Source of the DNA: Nitrospiraceae bacterium | GTDB taxonomy: Bacteria > Hydrogenedentota > Hydrogenedentia > Hydrogenedentales > SLHB01 | DNA length: 44,489 bases | Assembly: GCA_011682535.1 (NCBI GenBank) | Contig: JAACEL010000001.1 | Span: 1-44,489, forward strand | Direction of reading: 5' to 3' | Shown: in pieces, positions 16,397-25,786 of the stretch | Numbering within the stretch: the stretch's first letter is position 1 | How the letters are laid out: each line of letters begins with the position of its first letter | Made by a program: the position numbers and the translations under genes | The notes under the pieces: generated by a model | What the model saw: the letters and a program-made list of their open reading frames with translations, nothing else | Databases searched by the model: none | Told to the model about the DNA's origin: nothing

Positions 16397-19346
16397 GATT
16401 GAGGTCGCGATCAAGCCGGGACAACCGGACCCGGCGGGCCAGAGCGTGCGGGCACGCCTGGTGGAGGACCTGGGCATCGTAGTGGATGACGTACGCGTGA
16501 TCGACGTGTTTACGATCGACGCCGACCTGGACCCCGGGCAGTTGGATCGGGCGCGTCAGGAGTTGTTCACCGACCCGATCATCCAGCACAGCACGGTCAA
16601 CAAGTCGTTAGCGGACGACTTCGACTACGTGATCGAAGTCGGTTTCCTGCCGGGCGTGACGGACAACGCCGGCAAGAGTTCCGCCGAGGGAATCGCCGAC
16701 ACGCTGGACTACACGTTCGCGCCGGGCGAAGCGGTTTACAAAACCACGCAGTATGTGATCAAGGGCGGCCTTGACGGGGATCGGTGTGAGCGTATCGCAC
16801 GCGATTCGTTGGCCAACGCGCTCATCCAGCGATGGAGCGTGAAGTCCGCCGACGAGATGACAGCGCTCTCGGACGAGTCGCTGCTGGGCTTGCCAATCGT
16901 CACGGACATGAGCGACGTGACGGTGCATGAGATTGACTTTGAACGTCCGGACGCGGAACTGGTAGCGTTGAGCAGCGAGATGACCTGGGCGCTCGAGCTG
17001 CACGAGTTGCAGGCGATTCAGGCCTACTACCGCGACGATGCGGTGCAGGCCGCGCGCGCGAAAGCGGGGCTTCCGGCGAAACCAACCGATATCGAGATTG
17101 AAATTCTCGCGCAGACGTGGTCGGAGCACTGCAAGCACAAGATCTTCAACGCCACGATCGAGTATACGGACCCGCAGGGCGAGACGCGCACGATCGACAG
17201 CGTTTTCAAGACCTATGTGAAGGCGACCACGGACGAGGTCGCCAAGAAGGTCGACTGGCTGGTGAGCGTGTTCGATGACGACGCGGGCATCATCAAGTTC
17301 GACGACCACTGGAACTTCGCGCTGAAGGCCGAGACCCACAACAGTCCGTCTGCGCTGGATCCCTACGGCGGCGCCATCACGGGCATCGTGGGCGTCAATC
17401 GTGACGTCTTGGCGGCGGGCCTGGGCTGCCAGTGCATCTTCAACACAGACGTGTTCTGTTTCGCATCGCCCTTCTACGACGGGGCCATCCCGCCGCGTCT
17501 GTTCCACCCCAAGCGCGTATTGCGCCAAGTCCATCAGGGCGTGAAGGACGGCGGCAACCAGAGCGGCATCCCCGACATTAACGGCGCGATCGTGTTCCAC
17601 GAACGCTTCCTCGGCAAGCCGCTGGTATTCTGCGGCACGGGCGGGATTACGCCAGCCGTGACGGCGGGACGTCCGAGTCACAAGAAGAAGGCCAATCCCG
17701 GCGACATCATTGTGATGACAGGCGGCCGGATCGGCAAGGACGGCATCCACGGCGCCACGTTTTCCTCGGAGGAACTCCACGAAGGATCGCCGGCGACGGC
17801 GGTACAGATCGGCGACCCGATTACGCAGAAGAAGATGGCCGATTTTCTGCTCGAAGCGCGGGATTTGGGCCTGTACAGTTGCATAACAGACTGCGGCGCC
17901 GGGGGGCTGTCGTCAAGCGTGGGCGAGATGGCGGAAGGCTCGGGCGGTTGCGACATTCACCTCGACAAGGCGCCGCTGAAGTACGCGGGCCTCGCGCCGT
18001 GGGAGATCTTCCTGTCGGAGGCGCAGGAGCGCATGACGTTGGCGGTGCCGCCGGCGAATCTGGATGCGTTCATGACCTTGGCCAAGCGCCGGGCCGTGGA
18101 AGCGACCGCGCTGGGCACGTACACGGACTCGGGCTATTTGCAGTGTTTCTACGAAGGCAAGCTGATCGGATCGCTGGACATGGCCTTCCTGCACGACGGC
18201 GTGCCGAAGATGTCGCTCAAGGCGACGTGGGATGCGCCGGAGTTGGCGCCGGAAGCGGTGGTTGAAGACACGGACCTGGCCGGAGCCCTCAAGGACGTGC
18301 TGGCCTCGCCGAACGTGTGCAGTAAGGAAACCTTCGTGCGGATGTACGACCACGAAGTGTTGGCCCAGAGCGTGTTGAAGCAGTTCCAGGGCGTGGATCG
18401 CGACGGCCCAGGCGATGCGGGTGTCATCCGCCCAGTACCGGGCTCGAAGAAGGGCATCGCGGTGGCGTGCGGCATCTGCCCGCGCTACAGCGACATCGAC
18501 ACCTACGCAATGACGGCGAACGCGGTGGACGAGGCGGTGCGCAACCTGGTGGCGGTGGGCGCGAAGCTGGGCACGATCGCCGGGTTGGACAACTTCTGTT
18601 GGCCGGATCCGATTCAGAGCGACAAGACGCCCGACGGCGCCCACAAACTGGCGCAGTTGGTGCGGTGCTGCGAGGCGCTGTATGACGTGTGCGTGGAATA
18701 CAGCATCCCGCTCATCAGCGGCAAGGACAGCATGAAGAACGACTACAAGATCGGCGACACGAAGATCTCGATCCCGCCGACGATGCTGTTCACGGCGGCG
18801 GCCGTACTGGAAGACGCGACGAACGTCGTGTCGATGGACGTGAAGCGTCCGGGCGACGTGGTGTACGTCGTGGGTGAGACGAAAGACGAGATGGGCGGCA
18901 GCGAATACCTGGCCCTGAAGGGCCAGTTGGGCGTCAACGTGCCGCAAGTGGATCCGAAGGCGGCGCGCGCGTTGTACGAGAAGTTGTCGGACGCCATCGG
19001 CGGCGGCCTGGTGGCTTCGTGCCACGATTGTTCCGATGGCGGGCTGGGCGTGGCCTTGGCCGAGTCGGCGTTCGCGGGCGGCTACGGCATGGACGTCGAC
19101 ATCTCCGGGATCGCGGTCCCCAACGACGTGACGGCGCTGTTCAGCGAATCGGCGAGCCGGTTCGTGGTCACGGTGTCGCCTGATAAGACCGGCGCCTTCG
19201 AAGCGGCGTTGGCCGGATGTCCGTTGATGAAGCTGGGTGAAGTTGTCGCGGAGCCGGAGTTCCGCGTGGCGGGCCGCGGTGGCGCGGCCGTAAATGTGCC
19301 GCTGGCCGAACTGAAAGAGGCTTGGCAGGCGCCGTTGAGGTGGTAG
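16386..19346 (+). CDS. purL: Phosphoribosylformylglycinamidine synthase subunit PurL with two fused N-terminal PurS-like repeats
   Basis: Residues about 1-80 and about 85-165 each follow the PurS pattern (V-x-V-x-x-K/PG-x-x-DP/N-x-G...N-x-x-I). The PurL core follows (WSEHCKHKIF, ETHNSPSALDPYGGAITG, DCGAGGLSS). It overlaps purM by 11 nt. Confidence 0.9.
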   Translation: MANRIEVAIKPGQPDPAGQSVRARLVEDLGIVVDDVRVIDVFTIDADLDPGQLDRARQELFTDPIIQHSTVNKSLADDFDYVIEVGFLPGVTDNAGKSSAEGIADTLDYTFAPGEAVYKTTQYVIKGGLDGDRCERIARDSLANALIQRWSVKSADEMTALSDESLLGLPIVTDMSDVTVHEIDFERPDAELVALSSEMTWALELHELQAIQAYYRDDAVQAARAKAGLPAKPTDIEIEILAQTWSEHCKHKIFNATIEYTDPQGETRTIDSVFKTYVKATTDEVAKKVDWLVSVFDDDAGIIKFDDHWNFALKAETHNSPSALDPYGGAITGIVGVNRDVLAAGLGCQCIFNTDVFCFASPFYDGAIPPRLFHPKRVLRQVHQGVKDGGNQSGIPDINGAIVFHERFLGKPLVFCGTGGITPAVTAGRPSHKKKANPGDIIVMTGGRIGKDGIHGATFSSEELHEGSPATAVQIGDPITQKKMADFLLEARDLGLYSCITDCGAGGLSSSVGEMAEGSGGCDIHLDKAPLKYAGLAPWEIFLSEAQERMTLAVPPANLDAFMTLAKRRAVEATALGTYTDSGYLQCFYEGKLIGSLDMAFLHDGVPKMSLKATWDAPELAPEAVVEDTDLAGALKDVLASPNVCSKETFVRMYDHEVLAQSVLKQFQGVDRDGPGDAGVIRPVPGSKKGIAVACGICPRYSDIDTYAMTANAVDEAVRNLVAVGAKLGTIAGLDNFCWPDPIQSDKTPDGAHKLAQLVRCCEALYDVCVEYSIPLISGKDSMKNDYKIGDTKISIPPTMLFTAAAVLEDATNVVSMDVKRPGDVVYVVGETKDEMGGSEYLALKGQLGVNVPQVDPKAARALYEKLSDAIGGGLVASCHDCSDGGLGVALAESAFAGGYGMDVDISGIAVPNDVTALFSESASRFVVTVSPDKTGAFEAALAGCPLMKLGEVVAEPEFRVAGRGGAAVNVPLAELKEAWQAPLRW

Positions 19347-19348
19347 GC

Positions 19349-20143
19349 GTGGGCGTACGTGCAATCGTTCTGACGGGATTTGGCATCAACTGCGACGCGG
19401 AAACGCGTACCGCGCTGGAACGGGCGGGGGCCGAAGCGAATCGCGTCCATCTCAACGACATCGCCGAGGATCTATCCATGCTCGAGGGCTACCATATTCT
19501 GGCCATCCCGGGCGGATTCTCGTGGGGCGACGACGTGGCGTCGGGCAAGATCCTGGCGAACCGGCTCCGCTACCGGCTGGGCGACGCCATCAAGCAGTTC
19601 ATCGCCGACGGCAAACTGGCCATCGGCATCTGCAACGGCTTCCAGGTGATGGTGAAGATGGGCATTCTGCCGCTGTTCAACGGCGAATTCGAGCAGGAAG
19701 TCACGCTGACCTGGAACGACTCGGCGCGGTTTGAGAACCGTTGGGTGGATCTCAAGACCGATCCGAACACGAAGTGCGTCTGGCTCAAGGACGTCGCCGG
19801 GTTGCCGCTACCGATACGCCACGGCGAAGGCAAGTTCATCCCGCGCGATGAGGCCGTGCTGAACAAGCTATGCGCCAATGGGCAAGTGGCCCTGCGGTAT
19901 ACGACGCCCGCCGGCACGCCGGCTCGGGGCGTGTTCCCGGCCAACCCGAACGGTTCGACGGACGACATCGCCGCCATCTGCGACCCGAGCGGGCGCGTGC
20001 TGGGCATGATGCCGCATCCCGAGGCCTACGTCGATCGCGAGAACCACCCCAACTGGACGCGCGAAGACGTGCCCGAGGAAGGCGCAGGCCTGCAACTCTT
20101 CCGCAACGGCGTCGAGTACGTGAAGAATACGCTGTTGGCGTAG
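19349..20143 (+). CDS. purQ: Phosphoribosylformylglycinamidine synthase subunit PurQ (glutaminase)
   Basis: VRAIVLTGFGINCD, PGGFSWGDD, GICNGFQVMVKMG (catalytic Cys) and MMPHPE (His/Glu). GTG 19349 follows the RBS GAGGTGG and lies 3 nt after the purL stop. The longest ORF starts at TTG 19322. Confidence 0.9.
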   Translation: MGVRAIVLTGFGINCDAETRTALERAGAEANRVHLNDIAEDLSMLEGYHILAIPGGFSWGDDVASGKILANRLRYRLGDAIKQFIADGKLAIGICNGFQVMVKMGILPLFNGEFEQEVTLTWNDSARFENRWVDLKTDPNTKCVWLKDVAGLPLPIRHGEGKFIPRDEAVLNKLCANGQVALRYTTPAGTPARGVFPANPNGSTDDIAAICDPSGRVLGMMPHPEAYVDRENHPNWTREDVPEEGAGLQLFRNGVEYVKNTLLA

Positions 20144-20170
20144 GGCCGGGGCCTGAGAACCGCCTGCCTC

Positions 20171-20199
20171 GCGCAAAGACGCAAAGAGCGCAAAGAGCG
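20171..20199. repeat. Short tandem repeat GCAAAGA(C/GC) x3
   Basis: gcGCAAAGAC GCAAAGAGC GCAAAGAGC g, in the convergent gap between purQ and the large secreted protein gene. Confidence 0.6.
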
Positions 20200-20246
20200 T
20201 GTTGTGTTCGCCCGGGGTTCCCTCCACGGAGAAGACGCGCCTTCCA

Positions 20247-23200
20247 TCATCGTGTTTCGAGCCGATAGACGAAGGCTTTGCGTTCGCACCGGAGCACGAG
20301 ATCCTGTCCGTCTTTGGCTAGCGATGCGGTACCCAGTTCGTTGCCGTCCTCGTCGAGTGCGACGGCGTGGGTGAAGGATGCGTAGGGACCGGTCAGGCGG
20401 ATGTCGAAGGTGGGGCTGTCGGGTAGTGGGGTGATGAGCAGGGTGTCGCCTTCGGTCGCGATGCGGCATGCGCCGTCGGTGCGGACGTTGCCGAAGTTGA
20501 TCGGCGTACCTTCGGGATTGCTGCGAGCGAGGAGCGGATCGACGTAGGCGGGCGGGGGTGTCCAGGTCAGGCCTTCGATGCGGTCGCCTTCGCCGTCGAT
20601 GGTGACGGTCCCCAGGCGGAGACGAGACCGGTCGTCAAGGGAGCCGGTGAGCGGGGCGACGCCGGCGTCGGGATGCCATAGTCCGGCGCGGAGTCCGACG
20701 GTGTCGCCGGGCTTGAAGTCTTCGGGGATCTTGCCTTTGCCGACGCTGCGCACAACGCCGTCCCATTGGGTGGTGGGAATTGGCGGCGCGTGATCGGCCT
20801 GGAACAGGATGTCGCCTTTGTCGTCGACGAAATGCACGAAGGGCATCAAGTCCGCGAGGAGGGGCTCGTCGGCGTCCCACTTGAAGTCGACTTCGAACTC
20901 GCGATTGCCGAGGTAGCGGATGGTCTCGGGGGTGACGCTGACCGGCAGGGCGTTGCGGATGACGGTGCGGGCGTTGCAGTAGAGGCCGTCGGCGGAGCGG
21001 CTCCATTCGACCACGACGGCCCTGCCGACGCCGGTGCCTTTGCGCTCGACTGCGGCCTCGGTGGCGCCGGCGCGGGCGTAGAAGCCATATTCCGGGAGCA
21101 TGTGGCCTTCGACCTCCCAGTCGGTGGGGCCTCGGTTCACCCACACCTCGCCGCCACCTTCCCACAGTATGTGCTGGCGATGGATGTCGCCGTCGTGGAA
21201 TTCGACGTCCTCGATTCGTTTCAGGGCCAGTTCGCGCATGAGGCCGTGCAAGAGCCAGTACTTGGCCACGACGGCCCGGCTGAATGGGCGGGCGACCATC
21301 GCGGGGTGTCCGGTGAGCACTTCCGTGGCGATGTAGTCATCGCTGTGGATTCCGTGAAGATCGATGTCGAGTCCGGCGCGGTAGCGGGATTCGTATCCGG
21401 CGCCGTGCAGGACGAAGCGGTCGTGGTGGGCCATGTCGAACCATGGGATCCGCTCGGCGTCCTCGCACTCGATGCGCCACACCATCCATTCGTTGTCTTT
21501 GGGCGGATCGCCGACACGCAGATGATTGGCCTGGGCGCCGTCGAGGTAGCCGATGAGTTGGTCGTGGCCGCTCTCGGAGATCTGCGGGGCGTCGCCGCCG
21601 AGGTAGTCGCGGATCCAGGCAAAGGCTTCTCCCCAGTAGGTACGCAAGCTCCGGCGGTCGACGAAGGCGCCGTCGCGCGTCCATGCGTCGTAGGGACCGG
21701 CGGACGACCACACGTCGATGAAGAAAGCCGTGGGGGCGATGTGGGTGCGTATCAACTCGAGGTTGCGTTCGAGGAACGGGCGGAACGCGTTGCCCGACCA
21801 GCGGAAGGCTTGGGCGTCGCGGCCGCGGTTGAACCACGCCCAGACGGGGTCGCCGGTCTCGCGGAAGGCGATGTGGTCGTAGGAGTAGCCCTCGGCGTCG
21901 GGGTAGAAGTCGATGTAGTTGTCGTGCGGGGCGAAGAGCACGCCGTGGTCTTTGCAGACCTGGACGAGGCTCTGGAACTCCCCGAGAGTTCCGTACTGGG
22001 GATTCGGGGGGTAGATGTCGGGAAGGCGGTAATCGTAGCCCCAGCGTTGCCAGTTGTGCCAGACCACAACGGCATCGGTGCAGCCGTAGCGGAAGGCCTG
22101 GCGCAGGTTTTGGGCACTGGGCGCATAGCGCCCGCCCCAGAGATCGAACACGAAACGCCCGGCGAGATTGGGAACGCCGGACGAGGGTTGAAGTCCATTG
22201 ATGTCGCGCCAGACGCGCACGCCGCGCCAGACGTTGCGCGTGGGGATGAAGGTGAGGGTGGGATCGATGGCGGTGTGCAGCGAGTATATTCGCGGGCCGG
22301 GTGTAACTTCGAGGCGCGTCGGCGGCGCGTCGCTGGCCTGGATCATGGAGGGGGCTCCGGCGAAATCGAAACCGACAAATGAGGTGGCGAGTTGATGGCC
22401 GTCGAAATGGAGCGAGAAGGCCTCGGGGTTGACGAGCACGTTGCCGACACCCGCGTAAATGCGGGAAGCGGTGTGGCTCCAGGCGCCGGTGGCGAGGTCT
22501 TCGATGCGGGCGACGCGCCAAGGCTGAGGCGCCGGGGCGTTCTCGAGGGTGAAGCGGGCGCGCAGGGCGCGGCCTTCGTCAATACGAAGTTCGCCCAGTA
22601 GCTCGAAGCCGCCGAATGGTCCTTCGAAGCGGTGGCGCACGAGAACACTCCCCCCCTTCCCGCGCTCATGGGTGACGGCATTGAGCACGCTGGCGATGCC
22701 AGTCTCGTGGAGCGCGTCGCCGAGAACGGTCACGTGGAAACCACGGAAGGACAGGTTCTCGCCGTCCTGACCGCGGAACGCGACCTCGCCATCGAGCAAA
22801 CCACGCGCGCCGAGGCGGAGTTGGACGTCATAGCGCTGGCCTTCGTTCGTGATGGCGCCCAGATTGATCGGTTCGGATGATAGAGGCGCCGGCTCAGTGG
22901 GAGGCGCCCCGGCGGAGACGACGGGATCGCCCCAGTAGGCCGAATCGCAGGTGGTGTCCTTGTTCGGCCCCGGGTGTACTTCGAGTTTCAAGGCAATGGC
23001 CTGCCCCGCAAAGGGCGTGAGGTCGACCTCGGCGTCTTGCCAAGTTTTCGCGTCGGAATGACGCTCGAAGAGGAGCGCGCCGGGTTCGCCCGGGGGCGTG
23101 TCGAACGGCGCAACGCGTACGCGGAAGGTGACTCCATCGCTGGGGGGCTCCTGGGCGGTGTTACGGCGGATGGCGGTGGCGAAACGGAGCCGAATGGGTG

Positions 23201-23972
23201 ACACGTCGGGTAGACGGATGCCGTATTCGGCCGTGGTGGTTCCGGCGAGTCCCCCGAACCAGGGCGGATGCATCGAGAGGCTGCGGCGTGCGTCGGGGAA
23301 ACTGGCCGCGTGGTGCTTCTCGACGGCTGCCCGCGTGCGTGCCGCCGACCCGCGCCACCCTACGGGCAAGGCGACGGGATCTTCGCCGAAGACTTGGACG
23401 ACGGGCCGGTACATGGGTGACGAGAACAGCGACAGGGCGCTGTCGGCGGCAATCGGCGTCGGACGCCAGGTCATGCCGGTGTCCACGCGGGCGGCAAGAG
23501 GCAATTCGGCAAGAACGATGGCGATCGGATGGGCGACGTAGTGGCGGCTATCGACGTCGAAGGCGGCGGTGGCGTGGATGGGATAGTGGGCGTGGTGGCC
23601 GCCCGCGCCGACGGTGGCCGAGTAAACGCGCCGCGCACGGCCGTGCGCGGGAACCACAACGGGGCCGTCCGTCAACTCGCACGCGGGAGCGCCGCCGGGC
23701 TTGGATAGACGCCATTCGTCGATCACGCGCAGGCCGAGGGTAACTTCGAGGGGGCTGTCGCCGTTGTTCCGCAGGATGACGGCCACGGGAACGGGTGTGT
23801 CGATGGCTGTTATCTTGTCCGACACTTCGAGCCGGGCGGTCAGGGGCCCCGCCGTGTCCTCGGGCGGATCAAAAGCGGCGGCGGGGAATGCCGCGGCCGC
23901 GGCTATCGCCAGAACACAAGGAGTAAGAACCCGGAGGGCCCGGGTGTTGCGGTCGAACCGCTGCGTGGCCAT
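20247..23972 (-). CDS. Large secreted protein (about 1240 aa) of unknown function. The central region has a glycoside-hydrolase-like (TIM-barrel) flavour.
   Basis: The start at MATQRF (23972) has a GAGAGGAGA RBS. Signal peptide RALRVLTPCVLAIAAAAAFPAAAF. The central segment WHNWQRWGYDYRLPDIYPP...HGVLFAPHDNYIDFYPD...FFIDVWSS...ISESGHD resembles carbohydrate-active barrels. This is only my impression, and no family is assigned. Confidence 0.6.
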   Translation of the reverse strand: MATQRFDRNTRALRVLTPCVLAIAAAAAFPAAAFDPPEDTAGPLTARLEVSDKITAIDTPVPVAVILRNNGDSPLEVTLGLRVIDEWRLSKPGGAPACELTDGPVVVPAHGRARRVYSATVGAGGHHAHYPIHATAAFDVDSRHYVAHPIAIVLAELPLAARVDTGMTWRPTPIAADSALSLFSSPMYRPVVQVFGEDPVALPVGWRGSAARTRAAVEKHHAASFPDARRSLSMHPPWFGGLAGTTTAEYGIRLPDVSPIRLRFATAIRRNTAQEPPSDGVTFRVRVAPFDTPPGEPGALLFERHSDAKTWQDAEVDLTPFAGQAIALKLEVHPGPNKDTTCDSAYWGDPVVSAGAPPTEPAPLSSEPINLGAITNEGQRYDVQLRLGARGLLDGEVAFRGQDGENLSFRGFHVTVLGDALHETGIASVLNAVTHERGKGGSVLVRHRFEGPFGGFELLGELRIDEGRALRARFTLENAPAPQPWRVARIEDLATGAWSHTASRIYAGVGNVLVNPEAFSLHFDGHQLATSFVGFDFAGAPSMIQASDAPPTRLEVTPGPRIYSLHTAIDPTLTFIPTRNVWRGVRVWRDINGLQPSSGVPNLAGRFVFDLWGGRYAPSAQNLRQAFRYGCTDAVVVWHNWQRWGYDYRLPDIYPPNPQYGTLGEFQSLVQVCKDHGVLFAPHDNYIDFYPDAEGYSYDHIAFRETGDPVWAWFNRGRDAQAFRWSGNAFRPFLERNLELIRTHIAPTAFFIDVWSSAGPYDAWTRDGAFVDRRSLRTYWGEAFAWIRDYLGGDAPQISESGHDQLIGYLDGAQANHLRVGDPPKDNEWMVWRIECEDAERIPWFDMAHHDRFVLHGAGYESRYRAGLDIDLHGIHSDDYIATEVLTGHPAMVARPFSRAVVAKYWLLHGLMRELALKRIEDVEFHDGDIHRQHILWEGGGEVWVNRGPTDWEVEGHMLPEYGFYARAGATEAAVERKGTGVGRAVVVEWSRSADGLYCNARTVIRNALPVSVTPETIRYLGNREFEVDFKWDADEPLLADLMPFVHFVDDKGDILFQADHAPPIPTTQWDGVVRSVGKGKIPEDFKPGDTVGLRAGLWHPDAGVAPLTGSLDDRSRLRLGTVTIDGEGDRIEGLTWTPPPAYVDPLLARSNPEGTPINFGNVRTDGACRIATEGDTLLITPLPDSPTFDIRLTGPYASFTHAVALDEDGNELGTASLAKDGQDLVLRCERKAFVYRLETR

Positions 23973-24133
23973 GCGTTGTCTCCTCTCGATCGCCGGATGT
24001 GGAGGCGCTAGAGAGGCCACCATTCCGCAGTCCCCAGATTCCGCATTCGCACACTCGTTCAAGGAAACCGGGCCCCAAGGAACCCCATTCTACACGACTC
24101 CTTGCTGCCTTGACATTGAGGCCCGTGCAACGT

Positions 24134-24934
24134 TCATGTGTCTTGATGGCTCCGCCATGCGTGGGCCGCAAGGGCCACCACATGCAGTGCATCCTGACTT
24201 CCGTCGGCGATACCCTTCTCGAAATCGCCTTCAACGCGGGCCATCTGGTTCGTGACATGCGCAAGGCAGACCACGGCTTCTTGCCTTGCCTGGGCAAACG
24301 CGTAAAGAGCGGCGGCTTCCATCTCGACGGCCATTATGCCCAAGTCACGGCAGTGCGCAATGGCGCTCGCGGTTTCTCGGAACGGGGCATCGGTCGTCCA
24401 CGTCGCCCCACGGTGCACTGCGACACGTGCGTGCAAGAACGCATCGCCCAGCATCGACAGAAGTTCTGGCGCGATAGGGCTGAAGTCGGCAGGGGGAACA
24501 TAATGATAGCTCGTCCCCTCATCGCGCAGCGCCTTTTCAATGAGAACGAAATAGGGCGGATCGCCGATCCGGGCGATCTGCCCGGCTGACGTTACGCTAA
24601 TGAGCAATTTACAGCCAGATGCGAACAGCTCTTCGGCAACAAGGACGGCAAAGGAGGCGCCCACTGCACACCCGACGATACCGAAGCGAGTATCCTCGTG
24701 CGTGAATGTATACAGGTCAGTGTGATAGCAAGCCCACCCGGCATCGCGCTCGATGCCATCGGTATGAACCAGCCAGCGCACGATGTCGCCGTCGGGGTCA
24801 AGCACACAGACGCGAGGAACCTGCACCCGCGCCAGGGTCTTCTGCCGCCTCGCCTCGCGAAGCAGATTCTCGGCGGTGAATACCGTTGGCTCCGCATAGT
24901 GTTTGTTCAGTACAATCGGTGGTGTTACCGCCAT
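24134..24934 (-). CDS. Nucleoside phosphorylase (PNP_UDP_1 family)
   Basis: FGIVGCAVGASFAVLVAEELFASGCKLLISVTSAGQI and GIMAVEMEAAALYAFA are typical phosphorylase family-1 blocks. The start was chosen at MAVTPP (24934), 17 nt after the upstream stop. Confidence 0.75.
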   Translation of the reverse strand: MAVTPPIVLNKHYAEPTVFTAENLLREARRQKTLARVQVPRVCVLDPDGDIVRWLVHTDGIERDAGWACYHTDLYTFTHEDTRFGIVGCAVGASFAVLVAEELFASGCKLLISVTSAGQIARIGDPPYFVLIEKALRDEGTSYHYVPPADFSPIAPELLSMLGDAFLHARVAVHRGATWTTDAPFRETASAIAHCRDLGIMAVEMEAAALYAFAQARQEAVVCLAHVTNQMARVEGDFEKGIADGSQDALHVVALAAHAWRSHQDT

Positions 24935-24950
24935 CGGACCATGCCTTTCG

Positions 24951-25526
24951 TTAGCGACTCGCAACAATGCCGAAATGGAAGGGGCAGCAATCCTGCAAAT
25001 CGATGACTCGCGTGTTTTGGAACCCCGACGCCTCAATCCAGGCCTTGCACTGTTCGGGAGTTGGCCGGATTTCCAGGGAAGGGCCTCGCGGCGTTGGGAT
25101 ATCACTTCTCCAATGGATGACCGATAGCCTGCCGTTCGGGCCTAGGACGCGCTGGGCTTCTCTGAGAAGGCGGTCGGGGTGATCAATGTGTAGAAGATTG
25201 TAGATCATTGCGTGACTCTGACTCCCAGACCCGAGTCCCGTTCCATTGGCCATGAAATCTCGAGTTGCCGCAACGATATTCGCAATGCCCTCTCGCTTGG
25301 CCCTCATCTGAAGTTCTGCGATCAAGTCCGGTTCGATATCCAAGGCGCACACAGTGCCCGTTGCATGCCTGGCCGCAGGGAATGTGAATGTCCCATACCC
25401 ACATCCAAATTCCACGGCATTGCCCCGACAGCCTGCTTCCCCGAACAGTTTTTCGATCACACATCCCGCATCAAAGAAACTGTTCCAGTAGTCCTCCTCA
25501 GGCATCCCACTTTCACGCCCCTTCAT
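24951..25526 (-). CDS. Class I SAM-dependent methyltransferase
   Basis: Motif I AVEFGCGYGTFTFPAA, followed by the acidic loop VCALDIEPD and post-I/II blocks (LLHIDHPDRLLREAQRVLGPNGRLSV). Confidence 0.8.
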   Translation of the reverse strand: MKGRESGMPEEDYWNSFFDAGCVIEKLFGEAGCRGNAVEFGCGYGTFTFPAARHATGTVCALDIEPDLIAELQMRAKREGIANIVAATRDFMANGTGLGSGSQSHAMIYNLLHIDHPDRLLREAQRVLGPNGRLSVIHWRSDIPTPRGPSLEIRPTPEQCKAWIEASGFQNTRVIDLQDCCPFHFGIVASR

Positions 25527-25786
25527 GCTCTTGTGCCAGCCGTCTGGCCAACGCCCTGTTCACAGATAGAGGCGCGGCTGACGATTTCGAAAAACCGTTC
25601 GAGCCGTCGTTCTTCTCGGGCTTCGAGCGGTTGGGTGACGAAGCCGGTGAGGGAGATGAACCGAACGTGCTTGCCTTGGGCGCACGCGCTGTGGCCGAGT
25701 GCGGTGGCGAGATGGGTCTTGCCGGCGCCGGGGTAGCCCATGAAAAGGATGTTCTCCAAGGTGTCAAGATCGCCGTCGCGCATCAC
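25523..25786 (-). mobile_element. istB: Relic of an IS21-family IstB helper ATPase gene, truncated at both ends
   Basis: The product LENILFMGYPGAGKTHLATALGHSACAQGKHVRFISLTGFVTQPLEAREERRLERF matches the IstB Walker-A region and the following helix. About 90 N-terminal residues and the Walker B/C-terminus are absent. No IstA gene or terminal repeats are visible. Confidence 0.65.
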
